Origin: Trueperaceae bacterium | Lineage (GTDB): Bacteria > Deinococcota > Deinococci > Deinococcales > Trueperaceae | NCBI GenBank assembly: GCA_965214405.1 | Contig: OZ243956.1 | Location: 608,001 to 672,000 of the forward strand | Direction of reading: 5' to 3' | Length of the DNA: 64,000 nt | Shown here: one piece after another, positions 49,375 to 59,474 of the stretch | Numbering within the stretch: position 1 is the first letter of the stretch | Layout of the letters: each line of letters starts with the position of its first letter | The notes under the pieces: model-generated | Told to the model about the DNA's origin: nothing | The model's database searches: none | Seen by the model: only the letters and a program-made list of their open reading frames with translations | Made by a program: the position numbers and the translations under genes

Positions 49375-50591
49375 GTGGGGGCGTGAAGAATCTTGTAAAG
49401 GATGCTGAGGGGGCCACTGTAAACGTCACCGTAAGGAATGATTTGAAGGACGCTGCAAAGGGTGCTGTGAAAAATCCTACAACGGTCGTTTTCGCCACGG
49501 GCGGCACGGGCGGGCACATTTACCCGGCGCTCGCGGTGGCTCGAGCCCTCCAACATTTGGGCTATACTGTTCATTTTGTGGGACACCGAGACGGCATGGA
49601 AGCAACCATCATCCCCGAAGCAGACTTTTCTTTTTACGGCGTGCGCGCGGGCAAGTGGGACCGCGCCCGGCCCGACCCGCGGCAGGGTGTGCGGGCGCTC
49701 TCGGGCCTCGGTGACGCCCTGCGCATCCTTAGAAGCGTTAAGCCCCGCGCGGTCGTGGGTTTTGGCGGGTTCGCCTCTTTTCCGGCGCTCGCCGCCGCGT
49801 CCGTGATGCGCCTCCCCATCCTCTTGCACGAGGGCAACGCTCTACCGGGGCGGGTCACGCGGCTTTTCGCGGGCCGCGCGAAAGTTGTGGGGTTGGGGAA
49901 GCTCGAGGCGGCAACAAGGTTAAACGTCAACACGGTTTACGTCGGGATGCCCGTGCGCGAGGTTTGGGTGGAGAAACAGGAGGCCAGAGCGCGGTTGGGG
50001 CTGCCTCAGGAGGGCCTGGTCACGCTCGTGATGGGCGGCTCTCAAGGTTCGCTGACGCTCAACGAACGGGTGCCGGAAGCCTATGAAGCGCTACCCATAA
50101 GCTTGCGTCAAAACCTCACCGTCCTTCACAGCTCCGGCCCGCGTTGGGTGGCGGGGGTGCAGGAGAGGGTAAAGGAGTATCCGCAGTATGTTGTGCATCC
50201 TTATTTGGATGCCACGCTTGCATGGTCGGCGGCGGACGTTGCCATCACCCGTGCGGGTATTGGCACGCTCGCTGAAGCCGCCTTTCACGGGGTGCCGCTC
50301 GTGATGGTGCCTCTGCCCTCCTCCGCCGAGGACCACCAGCGCCACAACGCCGAAGCGGTCGCGCGCGCTGGGGCGGGGCGGGTGGTGTTGGAACGAGATA
50401 TTCATGAGCTTAGCGGAGCGTGGGAAAGTTTACTCGATGACGGTACACGTGAAGCTGCGGCGAAAGCCGCGCTCGGTCTCTCGCCTGCGGGCGCGGCGGA
50501 AACCTTTGCGGCGCTTATTGATAAAACCTTGAACGGTGAAGCGTCAAAACGAGATGCGGCGTCTTCATCACTGGTCCAGGAGACCGCGTGA
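49371..50591 (+). CDS. murG: Lipid II GlcNAc transferase
   Basis: GGTGGHIYP, GFGGF, HEGN, GGSQGS, RAG, HQRHNA. Confidence 0.95.
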   Translation: MSGGVKNLVKDAEGATVNVTVRNDLKDAAKGAVKNPTTVVFATGGTGGHIYPALAVARALQHLGYTVHFVGHRDGMEATIIPEADFSFYGVRAGKWDRARPDPRQGVRALSGLGDALRILRSVKPRAVVGFGGFASFPALAAASVMRLPILLHEGNALPGRVTRLFAGRAKVVGLGKLEAATRLNVNTVYVGMPVREVWVEKQEARARLGLPQEGLVTLVMGGSQGSLTLNERVPEAYEALPISLRQNLTVLHSSGPRWVAGVQERVKEYPQYVVHPYLDATLAWSAADVAITRAGIGTLAEAAFHGVPLVMVPLPSSAEDHQRHNAEAVARAGAGRVVLERDIHELSGAWESLLDDGTREAAAKAALGLSPAGAAETFAALIDKTLNGEASKRDAASSSLVQETA

Positions 50592-51973
50592 AACCGCACC
50601 TGCACTTTATGGGCGTCGGCGGCGTCGGCATGAGCGGCCTCGCGCGTTGGTATCTGGCCGACGGCTACCGCGTCTCCGGCTGTGATACGGGCGGCGGGGA
50701 GGTGCTGGGGGCGCTTACGAAAGAGGGCGTCACCGTCTTCCGGGGTCATGACCCCAGCCACGTGAGCCCGGCCGCTCAGGTAGACACGCTCGTTCACACG
50801 ATGGCCGTGTCCGAAACTCACCCGGAAATCCAGGCGGCCCACGCCGCACGCGTGCGCACGCTCAAACGTATTGACCTCCTGGCGGAGCTTTTAGCGCGTC
50901 ACCAAGGGATAGCCGTCACGGGGAGCCACGGCAAAAGCACAACCACGGGGATGATTGCGAGCCTGCTTATCGACTTAGATCAGGACCCCTCGGTGCTTAT
51001 CGGCGCGGAGTTGCCCGCGCTGGGGGGCAACATGCGTTACGGGGCGGGCGACATGGTCGTCGCCGAGGTGGACGAGTCCGACCCCGGTTTTTCTCGCATC
51101 ACGTCTCATTTGGCGCTCGTGACCAACTTAGGTGACGACCACATCGCCGAGGGCTTTAGCGAGAGACGCAACTATCACGCATCGAAGGGGGCGCTCGAGA
51201 CCGCCCTCCAGGAATTTGCAGGGAACGCCCGAACCCTCCTCTACTGCACCGATTGGCCCAATCTGACCGCACTTTTAGCCTCAGAGCACGCTCACACCTA
51301 CGGCTTTCACGAGGCGAGCGACTACCGGGCGGAAGTGGTGGCCTTGGAGGAGATGTCGAGCGTGTTCCGTCTTCACACCCCAAATGCAGAGCGTTACGAC
51401 GTGGCGCTTTCCGTTCCGGGCGAGCACAACATCCAGAACGCCGCGGGGGCGCTCGCCGCGGTTCATCTGCTGGGCCTCGACTTAGGCGCGGCGGCGGCAG
51501 CCCTGACCGATTTTCGCGGCGTCGGGCGGCGGTTGCAGCGCCGCGGCTCGGTCGACCGGGCGCTCGTCCTGGACGACTACGCGGTTCATCCCACCGAGGT
51601 CGAGGTGGTCTTGACGGTCGCCAAAAACACCGGGCGGCGGGTGCGCGCGGTGTTGCAGCCCCACCGCTGGGTGCGCACCGCGCAGCACTGGCCCGCGCTG
51701 GCCGACGCCGCCGCCTTGGCCGACGAGGTGCTCGTCCTAGACATCTACAGCGCGGGCGAGAGCGAAATCCCCGGCGTGTCCACCGACCTCATCGTGGATC
51801 GGCTCAACGGAGCGGGCAAGCGCGCGGCCCACCACACGCTCGCCTCGGCGCAGGCGTATTTGGAGGAGACGCTCGAGCCCGGCGATCTCATCATTACCCT
51901 CGGCGCGGGCGACGTGTGGCGCGTGGCGCAGGGGCTGGTGACGGCTCTTGGAGGCGACGATGGCACCGCCTAA
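50588..51973 (+). CDS. murC: UDP-MurNAc L-Ala ligase
   Basis: HFMGVGGVGMSGLA, GSHGKSTTT, EVDESD, DDYAVHPTE, QPHR. Confidence 0.95.
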   Translation: MKPHLHFMGVGGVGMSGLARWYLADGYRVSGCDTGGGEVLGALTKEGVTVFRGHDPSHVSPAAQVDTLVHTMAVSETHPEIQAAHAARVRTLKRIDLLAELLARHQGIAVTGSHGKSTTTGMIASLLIDLDQDPSVLIGAELPALGGNMRYGAGDMVVAEVDESDPGFSRITSHLALVTNLGDDHIAEGFSERRNYHASKGALETALQEFAGNARTLLYCTDWPNLTALLASEHAHTYGFHEASDYRAEVVALEEMSSVFRLHTPNAERYDVALSVPGEHNIQNAAGALAAVHLLGLDLGAAAAALTDFRGVGRRLQRRGSVDRALVLDDYAVHPTEVEVVLTVAKNTGRRVRAVLQPHRWVRTAQHWPALADAAALADEVLVLDIYSAGESEIPGVSTDLIVDRLNGAGKRAAHHTLASAQAYLEETLEPGDLIITLGAGDVWRVAQGLVTALGGDDGTA

Positions 51974-52838
51974 CGTGCTCCCAAGATTTGTTGAACTCGA
52001 GACGCTCACCACCCTGGGCGTCGGCGGTCCTGCCGAACTTTGGGAGGTCGAGAACGAGGCGGATTTGCTTATCGCCACCCACGAACCCTACCGCGTCATC
52101 GGCGCGGGCTCGAACCTGCTCGTGGCAGACGCGGGGGTACCGGAGCGGGTCGTTAAACTTGGTCGGGCTTACAACAGTCTACGTGAATTTGACCTCGAGA
52201 GCGGGAGGGGCGAAAGCGATTTTTGGCTGGGCGCGGCCACCCCGCTGCCCGGTCTCGTCCGGCGCGCGGCGGAGGCGGGGCTCTCGGGGCTCGAGGGCCT
52301 CTTGGGCGTGCCCGCCGTGCTGGGCGGCGCGGTGGCGATGAACGCAGGCACGCGCTTTGGCGAGATGTCCGATACGTTGCAGGAGGTCGAGATTTTTGTG
52401 GGCGGCAAAACTGAACGCTTGAACGCGGACGCGCTGGGGCTAGGCTACCGCCGGAGCGCCTTGCCGCCGGGCGCAATCCTGACCCGCGTGCGACTTCTCC
52501 TAACCCCGTCAACGAAAGAACGCGTGACGACGCGCCTCGCCCAAGTCGACGCCGCCCGTAAAATTCAGCCCAAGCGCAAGTCGGCGGGCTGCGCCTTTAA
52601 GAATCCACCTGGTGAATCTGCGGGGCGTCTTATCGACCTTCACGGCCTCAAGGGCTTACGCGTGGGCGGGGCGATGGTGTCTTTTGAACACGGCAACTTC
52701 ATCGTCAACACGGGCGGCGCGACCGCGCGCGACGTGGTCGAACTTTTGAGGGTCATAAAAGGACGTGTGCCTACGCCCCTCGAGACCGAATGGGAACTCT
52801 GGGGCTTTGAAAGAACCGGAAACGGAGCGACCTCATGA
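51960..52838 (+). CDS. murB: UDP-N-acetylenolpyruvoylglucosamine reductase
   Basis: VGGPA, GAGSNLL, GGAVAMNAG, SAGCAFKNP, HGNFIVN. Confidence 0.95.
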   Translation: MAPPNVLPRFVELETLTTLGVGGPAELWEVENEADLLIATHEPYRVIGAGSNLLVADAGVPERVVKLGRAYNSLREFDLESGRGESDFWLGAATPLPGLVRRAAEAGLSGLEGLLGVPAVLGGAVAMNAGTRFGEMSDTLQEVEIFVGGKTERLNADALGLGYRRSALPPGAILTRVRLLLTPSTKERVTTRLAQVDAARKIQPKRKSAGCAFKNPPGESAGRLIDLHGLKGLRVGGAMVSFEHGNFIVNTGGATARDVVELLRVIKGRVPTPLETEWELWGFERTGNGATS

Positions 52839-53449
52839 CGCGCCGCCGGGTCATGCTGAGCCTGCTGCTCGTGCTCTCTACGCTCCTGCTGGTGTCGCGC
52901 CTCGTGCCCAGGGTGACGCGGCTCGAGGTCACAGGTATTCATCACCTTTCCGAGGAGGAGGTTTTCGCAAAAGCGGACTTGAAGTTCAACGACCCCTTTG
53001 TCTGGGTGACGCGCCCGCGCTTTCGGCCCCTCGCCCGGGACCCCTGGGTCGCGCGCGTCGAGGTCACGCGCCGCTGGCCCGACACGGTCTATCTCACGGT
53101 TCAGGAGCGCGTTCCTTTTGTGAGTGAGGATGAACGCGTCTACGCGCTCGACGGCACCTTTTTACCCGGCGCGGTCGCCGCAGAAGCGCCGGTCACGCTA
53201 TCTGGCTGGGGTCCCGACAGGCGCGCCGAGGCATTTGAACTCTTGAGGTTGCTGGAGGTTTTTGGGCCGGAGATGCTAAGCTACTCACCGAGTGGATTCG
53301 AGGTTCGCATGGCTCATACGGAGCTGTTTACACCAAGCGCGGAAGCTTTACGCGCGCAGTGGTCGGGTTTTTTGAGCCAGCAGGGCAGCGAGGAAAGCAA
53401 CTCGCTTATGGCTGTTTATCCTTGGGGAGTGAGCGTAAAACATGACTGA
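52835..53449 (+). CDS. ftsQ: FtsQ/DivIB-like protein
   Basis: TM helix plus POTRA-like region (PWV..V.VTRRWPDTV.L.V.ER.P); position before ftsA. Confidence 0.8.
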   Translation: MTRRRVMLSLLLVLSTLLLVSRLVPRVTRLEVTGIHHLSEEEVFAKADLKFNDPFVWVTRPRFRPLARDPWVARVEVTRRWPDTVYLTVQERVPFVSEDERVYALDGTFLPGAVAAEAPVTLSGWGPDRRAEAFELLRLLEVFGPEMLSYSPSGFEVRMAHTELFTPSAEALRAQWSGFLSQQGSEESNSLMAVYPWGVSVKHD

Positions 53450-54710
53450 CGAACGTATCATCGTCGGCTTAGACATCGGCACGACGAAAATCTGCACCGT
53501 CATCGGCGAGATCGCCGCGGACGGGGTTTTAGACATTATCGGCGAGGGCACCGTGCCTTCCGACGGGCTACGCAAGGGCGTGGTCGTGAACCTAGAGCGC
53601 ACCATCACCTCGGTGCGGCAGTCCATCGCCGCCGCCGAACGGGTCGCGGGCGTGGAGGTCAAGAGCGCCTGGGTGGGCGTGGCGGGAAGTCACCTCAAGG
53701 CGATGACGAGTCACGGGATGGCGGCGATTCGCCGCGGTCAGGAGGTCACGCAGGCCGACGTCGAGCGCACCATCGAGAACGCTCGAGCCGTGCCCTTAGA
53801 GGCCAACATGGAGATGATTCACGTGATTCCACAAGAATATGTGGTCGACGGCAACGACGGCATCAAGGACCCGGTAGGGATGTCGGGGGTGAGGTTGGAA
53901 GTGGACGTCCACATCGTTGCGGGCGCGCAAGGCCCGCTGCAAAACCTGCGGCGCTGCGCCCGCGACGCCGGGATCGAGGTTGAGGGCGTGGTCGTGCAGG
54001 CGCTCGCCTCGGGGCTGGCCGTGTTGGACAGTAGTGAGCGCGACCTCACCACCGTCCTTATCGACGTGGGCGGCGGCACCACCGACGTCGGCGTGTTCCG
54101 GCGCGGCACCTTGGCGCATTCGGCGGTGATTCCTTTGGGAGGCGACCACATCACCCAAGATATTTCGCAACTCCTGCGCATCCCCCCCGAGGAGGCCGAA
54201 AGGGTAAAAAAACGCTACGGCGTCGCCTTGCCCGACTTGGCCGACCGCGAGGTCGCGCTCGAGGTGGCGCACCCCAACTACACCGCCTCGCTCTCGACTT
54301 TTGAGTTGGCGCAAGTGATCAAGCCTCGTGTGGTCGAAATTTTGGACTTGGTCAAGCGCAACATCGAGCAGCGCATGGGCGCGTTGGAACTCTTGGCGGG
54401 CAACGTGGTCATCACGGGCGGCGCGTCGCTCATGGCGGGGCTTGACCAGGTGGCCGCCGAACGCTTCCGTCTGCCCGTACGCATCGGCAAGCCCCACGGG
54501 GTCTCGGGCTTGGTCGATGTGGTGGCCTCCCCCGCGCACGCGACCGCCGTGGGGCTCGTGCGCCACGGAATGCTCCACCAGCACTTCCCGGACGCGCCCC
54601 CGAGTCGCGCCGTTCGTTTGCCGCGGGCGGAGGGCGTCCAAAGAGGCGTGTCGGAGCGCGTGACCGGCTTCGTCTCGAGCGTCCGCAACGTTCTCAAGGA
54701 TTTCTTTTAG
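53442..54710 (+). CDS. ftsA: Cell division protein FtsA
   Basis: GLDIGTTKIC, DVGGGTTD, ITGG, C-terminal amphipathic helix. Confidence 0.96.
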   Translation: MTDERIIVGLDIGTTKICTVIGEIAADGVLDIIGEGTVPSDGLRKGVVVNLERTITSVRQSIAAAERVAGVEVKSAWVGVAGSHLKAMTSHGMAAIRRGQEVTQADVERTIENARAVPLEANMEMIHVIPQEYVVDGNDGIKDPVGMSGVRLEVDVHIVAGAQGPLQNLRRCARDAGIEVEGVVVQALASGLAVLDSSERDLTTVLIDVGGGTTDVGVFRRGTLAHSAVIPLGGDHITQDISQLLRIPPEEAERVKKRYGVALPDLADREVALEVAHPNYTASLSTFELAQVIKPRVVEILDLVKRNIEQRMGALELLAGNVVITGGASLMAGLDQVAAERFRLPVRIGKPHGVSGLVDVVASPAHATAVGLVRHGMLHQHFPDAPPSRAVRLPRAEGVQRGVSERVTGFVSSVRNVLKDFF

Positions 54711-54791
54711 TGTTCCTCATATTTCCGTTTCAGATTTCTATCTGGCCCATTCGTCAAGCCATTCAAACTCAATCTCTTAAAGGAGTGAACC

Positions 54792-55856
54792 ATGAACAGT
54801 ATGGATAATGCAGTCATTCGCGTGATCGGCCTCGGCGGCGGCGGCAACAACGCGGTCAACCGGATGATCGAGGCGGGCCTCCAGGGCGTCGAGTTCGTCG
54901 CCGCGAACACCGACGCGCAGGTCCTGACCACGAGCTTGGCCGACACCCGCATCCAGATGGGCGACCACATGACCAAGGGCTTGGGCGCGGGCGCAAATCC
55001 CGAAATCGGCGAAAAGGCCGCGATGGAAGACCGCGACCGGATTTCTGAGAATCTGCGCGGCTCCGACTTGGTCTTTATCACCGCGGGCATGGGCGGCGGC
55101 ACGGGCACGGGCAGCGCCCCTGTGGTGGCCGAGGTCGCGCGCGAGTTGGGCGCGCTAACCGTCGCGGTCGTCACCACGCCCTTTCGCATGGAGGGTCCCA
55201 AAAGGATGCGTCAGGCCGAGGAGGGCTTGCGCCGCCTAGAAGACAAAGTAGACGCGCTCATCGTCGTCGAAAACGAGCGCCTGCTCTCGGCTTTGGACCG
55301 CAAGGTCAAACTCACCGACGCCTTTCGCGTGGCCGACCGCGTGCTCTACCACGGCGTCAAGGGCATCAGCGACGTGATCAACGTGCCCGGTCTTATCAAC
55401 GTCGACTTTGCCGACGTGCGCGCGCTCCTGTCGGGCGCGGGCACTGTACTCATGGGCATCGGCGCGGGCCGCGGCGAGAAACTTGTCGAGGTCGCCGCCA
55501 CCACCGCGACGCACTCGCCGCTGCTGGCTCGGGGCGTTGAGGGCGCGCACCAGCTCCTTATCAACATCACCGGCTCCGAAGAACTCACGCTCTTTGACGC
55601 GCACGAGATCGTCGAAAAAATTAGCGAGGCGACCGAGGTCGAAGACGTCAACGTCCTTTTCGGCGTGACCTACGACGAGGCCGCCGCCGACGAGGTGCGC
55701 GTGACCGTGATTGCCGCGGGCTTTGACCATAACCCGCAGGTCAAGGTCTTGCGCCCGTCGCAACTCCGCAACCACGCCGCGGGCCGCACCTACGACCCCA
55801 CCAACTACGACATCCCCGCCTTTTTGCGCTACAACCCCGAGAGCGCCGAGAACTAA
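54792..55856 (+). CDS. ftsZ: Cell division protein FtsZ
   Basis: GGGGNNAV, GMGGGTGTG, INVDFAD, DIPAFLR tail. Confidence 0.98.
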   Translation: MNSMDNAVIRVIGLGGGGNNAVNRMIEAGLQGVEFVAANTDAQVLTTSLADTRIQMGDHMTKGLGAGANPEIGEKAAMEDRDRISENLRGSDLVFITAGMGGGTGTGSAPVVAEVARELGALTVAVVTTPFRMEGPKRMRQAEEGLRRLEDKVDALIVVENERLLSALDRKVKLTDAFRVADRVLYHGVKGISDVINVPGLINVDFADVRALLSGAGTVLMGIGAGRGEKLVEVAATTATHSPLLARGVEGAHQLLINITGSEELTLFDAHEIVEKISEATEVEDVNVLFGVTYDEAAADEVRVTVIAAGFDHNPQVKVLRPSQLRNHAAGRTYDPTNYDIPAFLRYNPESAEN

Positions 55857-55901
55857 GCGGATGCTTAGCAGGGCTAGGTTTTTCGTCCTCTTGGCACGCC
55901 C

Positions 55902-56405
55902 TTGAAGCGCGAGGTTAAATTCGAGGGCAAACTCTTAACGCTTCTAACGCTTGACGATCACTGGGAGGTCGTCGAGCACGTGCCCGCGGTGTGCGTGCTG
56001 GCCTTGCGTAAGCGTTCAGATGAGCTCGAGGTACTGGGCGTCTCCCAAAACCGCCCCGCCGTGGGCCAAGAAACCTGGGAACTGCCCGCGGGTCTTATCG
56101 ACGAGGACGAAACGCCGGAAGAGGCGGCAAGCCGCGAACTGAGCGAGGAGACGGGGCTGAAGGGGGAGTTAACGCTCATTACCCAGATGTTCACCAGTCC
56201 TGGCTACAGCACTGAAAAGATTTTTCTCTTTGAAGCCAAAGATTTGCTCGAGGTCCCCCACACCCCCGACCCAAACGAACCCCTGACGGTCGAGTGGCGT
56301 CCTATCGGGGAGGTGTGGCGCGACGTCCAAGAGGGGCGTGTGGCGACCAGCGCCCCCACCTTGGTCGCGCTCGCTTACGCTCTGGGCCGCTCACAGGGGT
56401 CATAA
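55902..56405 (+). CDS. NUDIX hydrolase (ADP-ribose pyrophosphatase-like)
   Basis: ELPAGLIDEDETPEEAASRELSEETG Nudix box, SPG. Confidence 0.9.
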   Translation: MKREVKFEGKLLTLLTLDDHWEVVEHVPAVCVLALRKRSDELEVLGVSQNRPAVGQETWELPAGLIDEDETPEEAASRELSEETGLKGELTLITQMFTSPGYSTEKIFLFEAKDLLEVPHTPDPNEPLTVEWRPIGEVWRDVQEGRVATSAPTLVALAYALGRSQGS

Positions 56406-56482
56406 TTGACGAAAGCTTTGGCGTGCAGACGTCGCCCGTAAAGACTTAACAGGGGGGAATCTGTAACGCTTCAAAAACTTCT

Positions 56483-57388
56483 ATGTCAACCATGCCCATC
56501 CCAACCGTCGTAGACACCCCCGACGCCCTCTCGCTCTCCAATACCGTCCTCTGCATCGGCAACTTCGACGGGGTTCATCTGGGCCATCAGATGCTCCTGC
56601 GTCACATGCAGGACTTGGCGCAGGGCGCGCGTCCGGGCGTGGTCATCTCTTTTTTTCCAACCTCCAAGATGGTCTTTGGCAACGGCGCGTACCTCACGAG
56701 TTTGGAGGAGAAAGTGAGGCTTTTCGCCTCCTTTGAGCCCGCGGCGGTGGTCGTGATTCCTTTTTCTGCCGAATACGCCCGGACCGATAAGCAGGTTTTT
56801 TTGAACCAGCTCTCGAGGCTCACGCCCCACACCATCATCGTCGGGGAGGATTTTCGCTTTGGGCACAAGCGCGAGGGGACGCTCAACGATTTGAGTCACA
56901 TTACGGAGAAGCTCGAGGTCTTCGGCATGAAAAAGTTGGAGGGTCACGCCATCAAGTCCTCGCGCATCCGCGCCCTTTTGCAAGAGGGCAACGTGGACGA
57001 GGCCAACCGGCTTCTCGGCTACGCCTACCTCGCCACGGGGGAGGTGGTCGAGGGCGACAAGCGGGGGCGCACCATCGGCTTTCCCACCGCCAACATCGCG
57101 CTGCCCCCAAATAAAGTGCTGCCTGTGGGCGTGTTCGCGGTCACCGCCGAAACCGACGCGGGCACCTTTGGCGGCATGGCGAACGTGGGGCCGCGCCCGA
57201 GCTTTCCAGACGCGCCGCCGTCACTAGAGGTTCACCTGTTCGACTTTTCGGGCGACCTCTACGGAAAACGCGTCACCGTTTCTTTCAAACACCTGTTGCG
57301 GGACCAGAAGAAGTTCGCGGGTTTGGAAGACCTCAGGGCGCAACTGTCGGACGATAGGGCGAGGGCCAGGGCGTATCTCGAGCTTTAA
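56483..57388 (+). CDS. ribF: Bifunctional riboflavin kinase/FAD synthetase
   Basis: GNFDGVHLGH, GEDFRFG, SSRIR, GRTIGFPTAN, EVHLFDF. Confidence 0.95.
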   Translation: MSTMPIPTVVDTPDALSLSNTVLCIGNFDGVHLGHQMLLRHMQDLAQGARPGVVISFFPTSKMVFGNGAYLTSLEEKVRLFASFEPAAVVVIPFSAEYARTDKQVFLNQLSRLTPHTIIVGEDFRFGHKREGTLNDLSHITEKLEVFGMKKLEGHAIKSSRIRALLQEGNVDEANRLLGYAYLATGEVVEGDKRGRTIGFPTANIALPPNKVLPVGVFAVTAETDAGTFGGMANVGPRPSFPDAPPSLEVHLFDFSGDLYGKRVTVSFKHLLRDQKKFAGLEDLRAQLSDDRARARAYLEL

Positions 57389-57437
57389 CTCACAACGTTT
57401 GTAAACGTTCTCAACACGCCACAAGAGGAGACGACCC

Positions 57438-58037
57438 GTGAAAATAGAAACCACGGAGGAGCTTAGGCGGCACTACAGAGAGCCCAAAGGCCGCGCCGTA
57501 CAAAAGCAGCTCGAGCACTTAGACGTCCACTGCCAAAACTTCATCGCCCTCTCCCCTTTCATGGTCCTGGCGAGCAGCAGCGAGGGGAGCGCGGACGCCT
57601 CACCCAGGGGCGGAGAGCCGGGTTTTGTCAAAGTTTTAGATGCGCGCGCCCTGCTCATCCCCGACTGGCCCGGCAACAATCGTCTGGATTCGTTCAGCAA
57701 CATCTTGCAAAACAAACACGTCGGCACAATTTTTCTCATTCCGGGTGTAGATGAGACCTTGCGAGTCAACGGTCATGTCGAAATCCGGACCGACGACGCG
57801 CTACGGCAGATTTTTGAGACGAAAGGGAAGCTGCCCATCACGGTTCTTAAACTCACGGTCAGAGAAGCCTACCTCCACTGCGCCAAAGCCTTTATGCGCG
57901 CCAAACTTTGGGACGATAAAATTGACAGAACCGCGTTACCGACGATGGGAGCGATGCTCAACGACCAGACAGGTTCTGAGGAGAAGGTCGAAACGCAGGG
58001 GGAGATGCTCGAGCGCTACCAGAAAGTCCTGTATTAA
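57438..58037 (+). CDS. Pyridoxamine 5'-phosphate oxidase family FMN-binding protein
   Basis: FIALSPF, DASPRGG.PGFV, PDWPGNNR.D, ETLRVNG, YLHCAKA. Confidence 0.85.
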   Translation: MKIETTEELRRHYREPKGRAVQKQLEHLDVHCQNFIALSPFMVLASSSEGSADASPRGGEPGFVKVLDARALLIPDWPGNNRLDSFSNILQNKHVGTIFLIPGVDETLRVNGHVEIRTDDALRQIFETKGKLPITVLKLTVREAYLHCAKAFMRAKLWDDKIDRTALPTMGAMLNDQTGSEEKVETQGEMLERYQKVLY

Positions 58038-58117
58038 ATCCCACTCTTCAACCTGCTGTGGGAAATCTACCCACACCCCGCGTGGCAAGCTCTTAAACTC
58101 AAAGCGTCTTTTTAAGG

Positions 58118-58218
58118 GTGCGTTGAGCGCCCGGGCGGGTTTCTTATCCACACTCGCCCCCCGGAAAAGAGTGCGTTGAGCTTGCTTGGGCGGGTCTTTA
58201 TCGACACCCGCCCTCCGG
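58118..58218. repeat. Imperfect 53-bp tandem duplicate with hairpins (REP-like doublet)
   Basis: GTGCGTTGAGC...GGGCGGGT..TTATC.ACAC.CGCCC.CCGG twice, starting at 58118 and 58171. Confidence 0.7.
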
Positions 58219-58359
58219 TTTTTGGGAACGCTTGCAGGGCTCGAGTCTTTGCCCGCAGAAATGCTCTTGCGACCCTCACGAAGCATTGCAGACTTCCACT
58301 TTCAAACACTGGATTGTCCATCAAGAAAACGCGTCTGTCTACTGTAAAATCGGCTCGAG

Positions 58360-58758
58360 TCACGCCTTGAACCGCTCCGCCAGCACCTCCTCCGACGACA
58401 GTTCGGGTCCCGTCCACACAAAAGCCTCGCGCGCGCCTATCTCGCGGGCGAGTTCCAATAGGGCGCGTTTTTCCAGGCTGGCTAAACCGCCGGTAAGTGG
58501 GCGCAGCGGATGCAGCACCATCGTCAATCTATAAAACCTGTCCATAAAAGAGCCCTTGATGGCGGCTCTGACACCCTCCTCGATGAGCGCCAGCGCCGCG
58601 TCGTAGTCACCTATTACGGCGCGCTCGTGGTAAAGGGGGTTGGCGTCGGGGGCGGCTGAAGAGAGGTCGTAAGAGACGCCCGTGCCGCGCCCGACGTTGT
58701 GAATGGTGAGCGTTTGGGTGTCGAAGGTGACGTAGAGGTAAGTTCGGAGCCGCTTCAT
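58360..58758 (-). CDS. Small stand-alone MreB-fragment-like protein (YjaA-like)
   Basis: VIGDYDAA, HPL...GGL..LEKRALLELA...GAREAFV resembles an MreB subdomain. Confidence 0.6.
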   Translation of the reverse strand: MKRLRTYLYVTFDTQTLTIHNVGRGTGVSYDLSSAAPDANPLYHERAVIGDYDAALALIEEGVRAAIKGSFMDRFYRLTMVLHPLRPLTGGLASLEKRALLELAREIGAREAFVWTGPELSSEEVLAERFKA

Positions 58759-58883
58759 GCCCCACTCTCCGTTATTTTGGGGAGCGTGTCAAGCTGACTC
58801 ACGCACGGTTACACATAAAACGGTCACACACGAAACGGTTAGCTGTGAAAGTTGTCACGCACCGTCGCCTCGAGCCCCTCGTC

Positions 58884-59474
58884 CTAACGCAACCAGCCCA
58901 AATGATAGGCCGTGAGCCCGGCGAGTTCGCGCAGCGCGTAGCGAAACCCAAACCCTCGAGTCTTAACGGGAGCCACCGACGCATCCAAACCCAAGTGCTG
59001 AGCCAACCAGTACGAACGGTAGGCGTGCATGTCGTCAGTAACGATGAGGACTGTGTTTTGTGAGCCAGTGCCTTGTGAACCCGTGTCGCCGCGTAGCAAC
59101 GGGAGGCTGAACTGTAAATTCTCAAAGCTCGTGCGGCTCTTCGTTTCGCTCGCCAACGCCGTCTCGGGCACGCCCTGGGCTTGCAAATAACGCGCACCCG
59201 ACTCGCCTTCGGTGGTGCGGTCGCCCTCGCGCTTGCCCCCGGTCACGACGATGCGCGGCGCGCAGCCCGCCTGGTAAAGCTCGAGCGCCCCGTCAAGCCG
59301 CCTTTTGAACGCGGGCGAGGGCGTCCCGTTATATTGCGCCGCGCCCATGACGAGAAGCGTGTCCACCGGGCAAACCGCGCGCGCCCGCGTGGGGTACCAC
59401 AGGATGTTGAAAAGCGTAGGGACCAGCAGCGTCACAAGCAAGGGGAGGAGCGCCGCGACGTGCAAGCGCTTCAC
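58884..59474 (-). CDS. YdcF/DUF218 (ElyC/SanA-like) protein
   Basis: VMGAA, RRLD, VTGG, E.KSRTS.EN, VTDDMHAYR; start uncertain. Confidence 0.85.
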   Translation of the reverse strand: MKRLHVAALLPLLVTLLVPTLFNILWYPTRARAVCPVDTLLVMGAAQYNGTPSPAFKRRLDGALELYQAGCAPRIVVTGGKREGDRTTEGESGARYLQAQGVPETALASETKSRTSFENLQFSLPLLRGDTGSQGTGSQNTVLIVTDDMHAYRSYWLAQHLGLDASVAPVKTRGFGFRYALRELAGLTAYHLGWLR

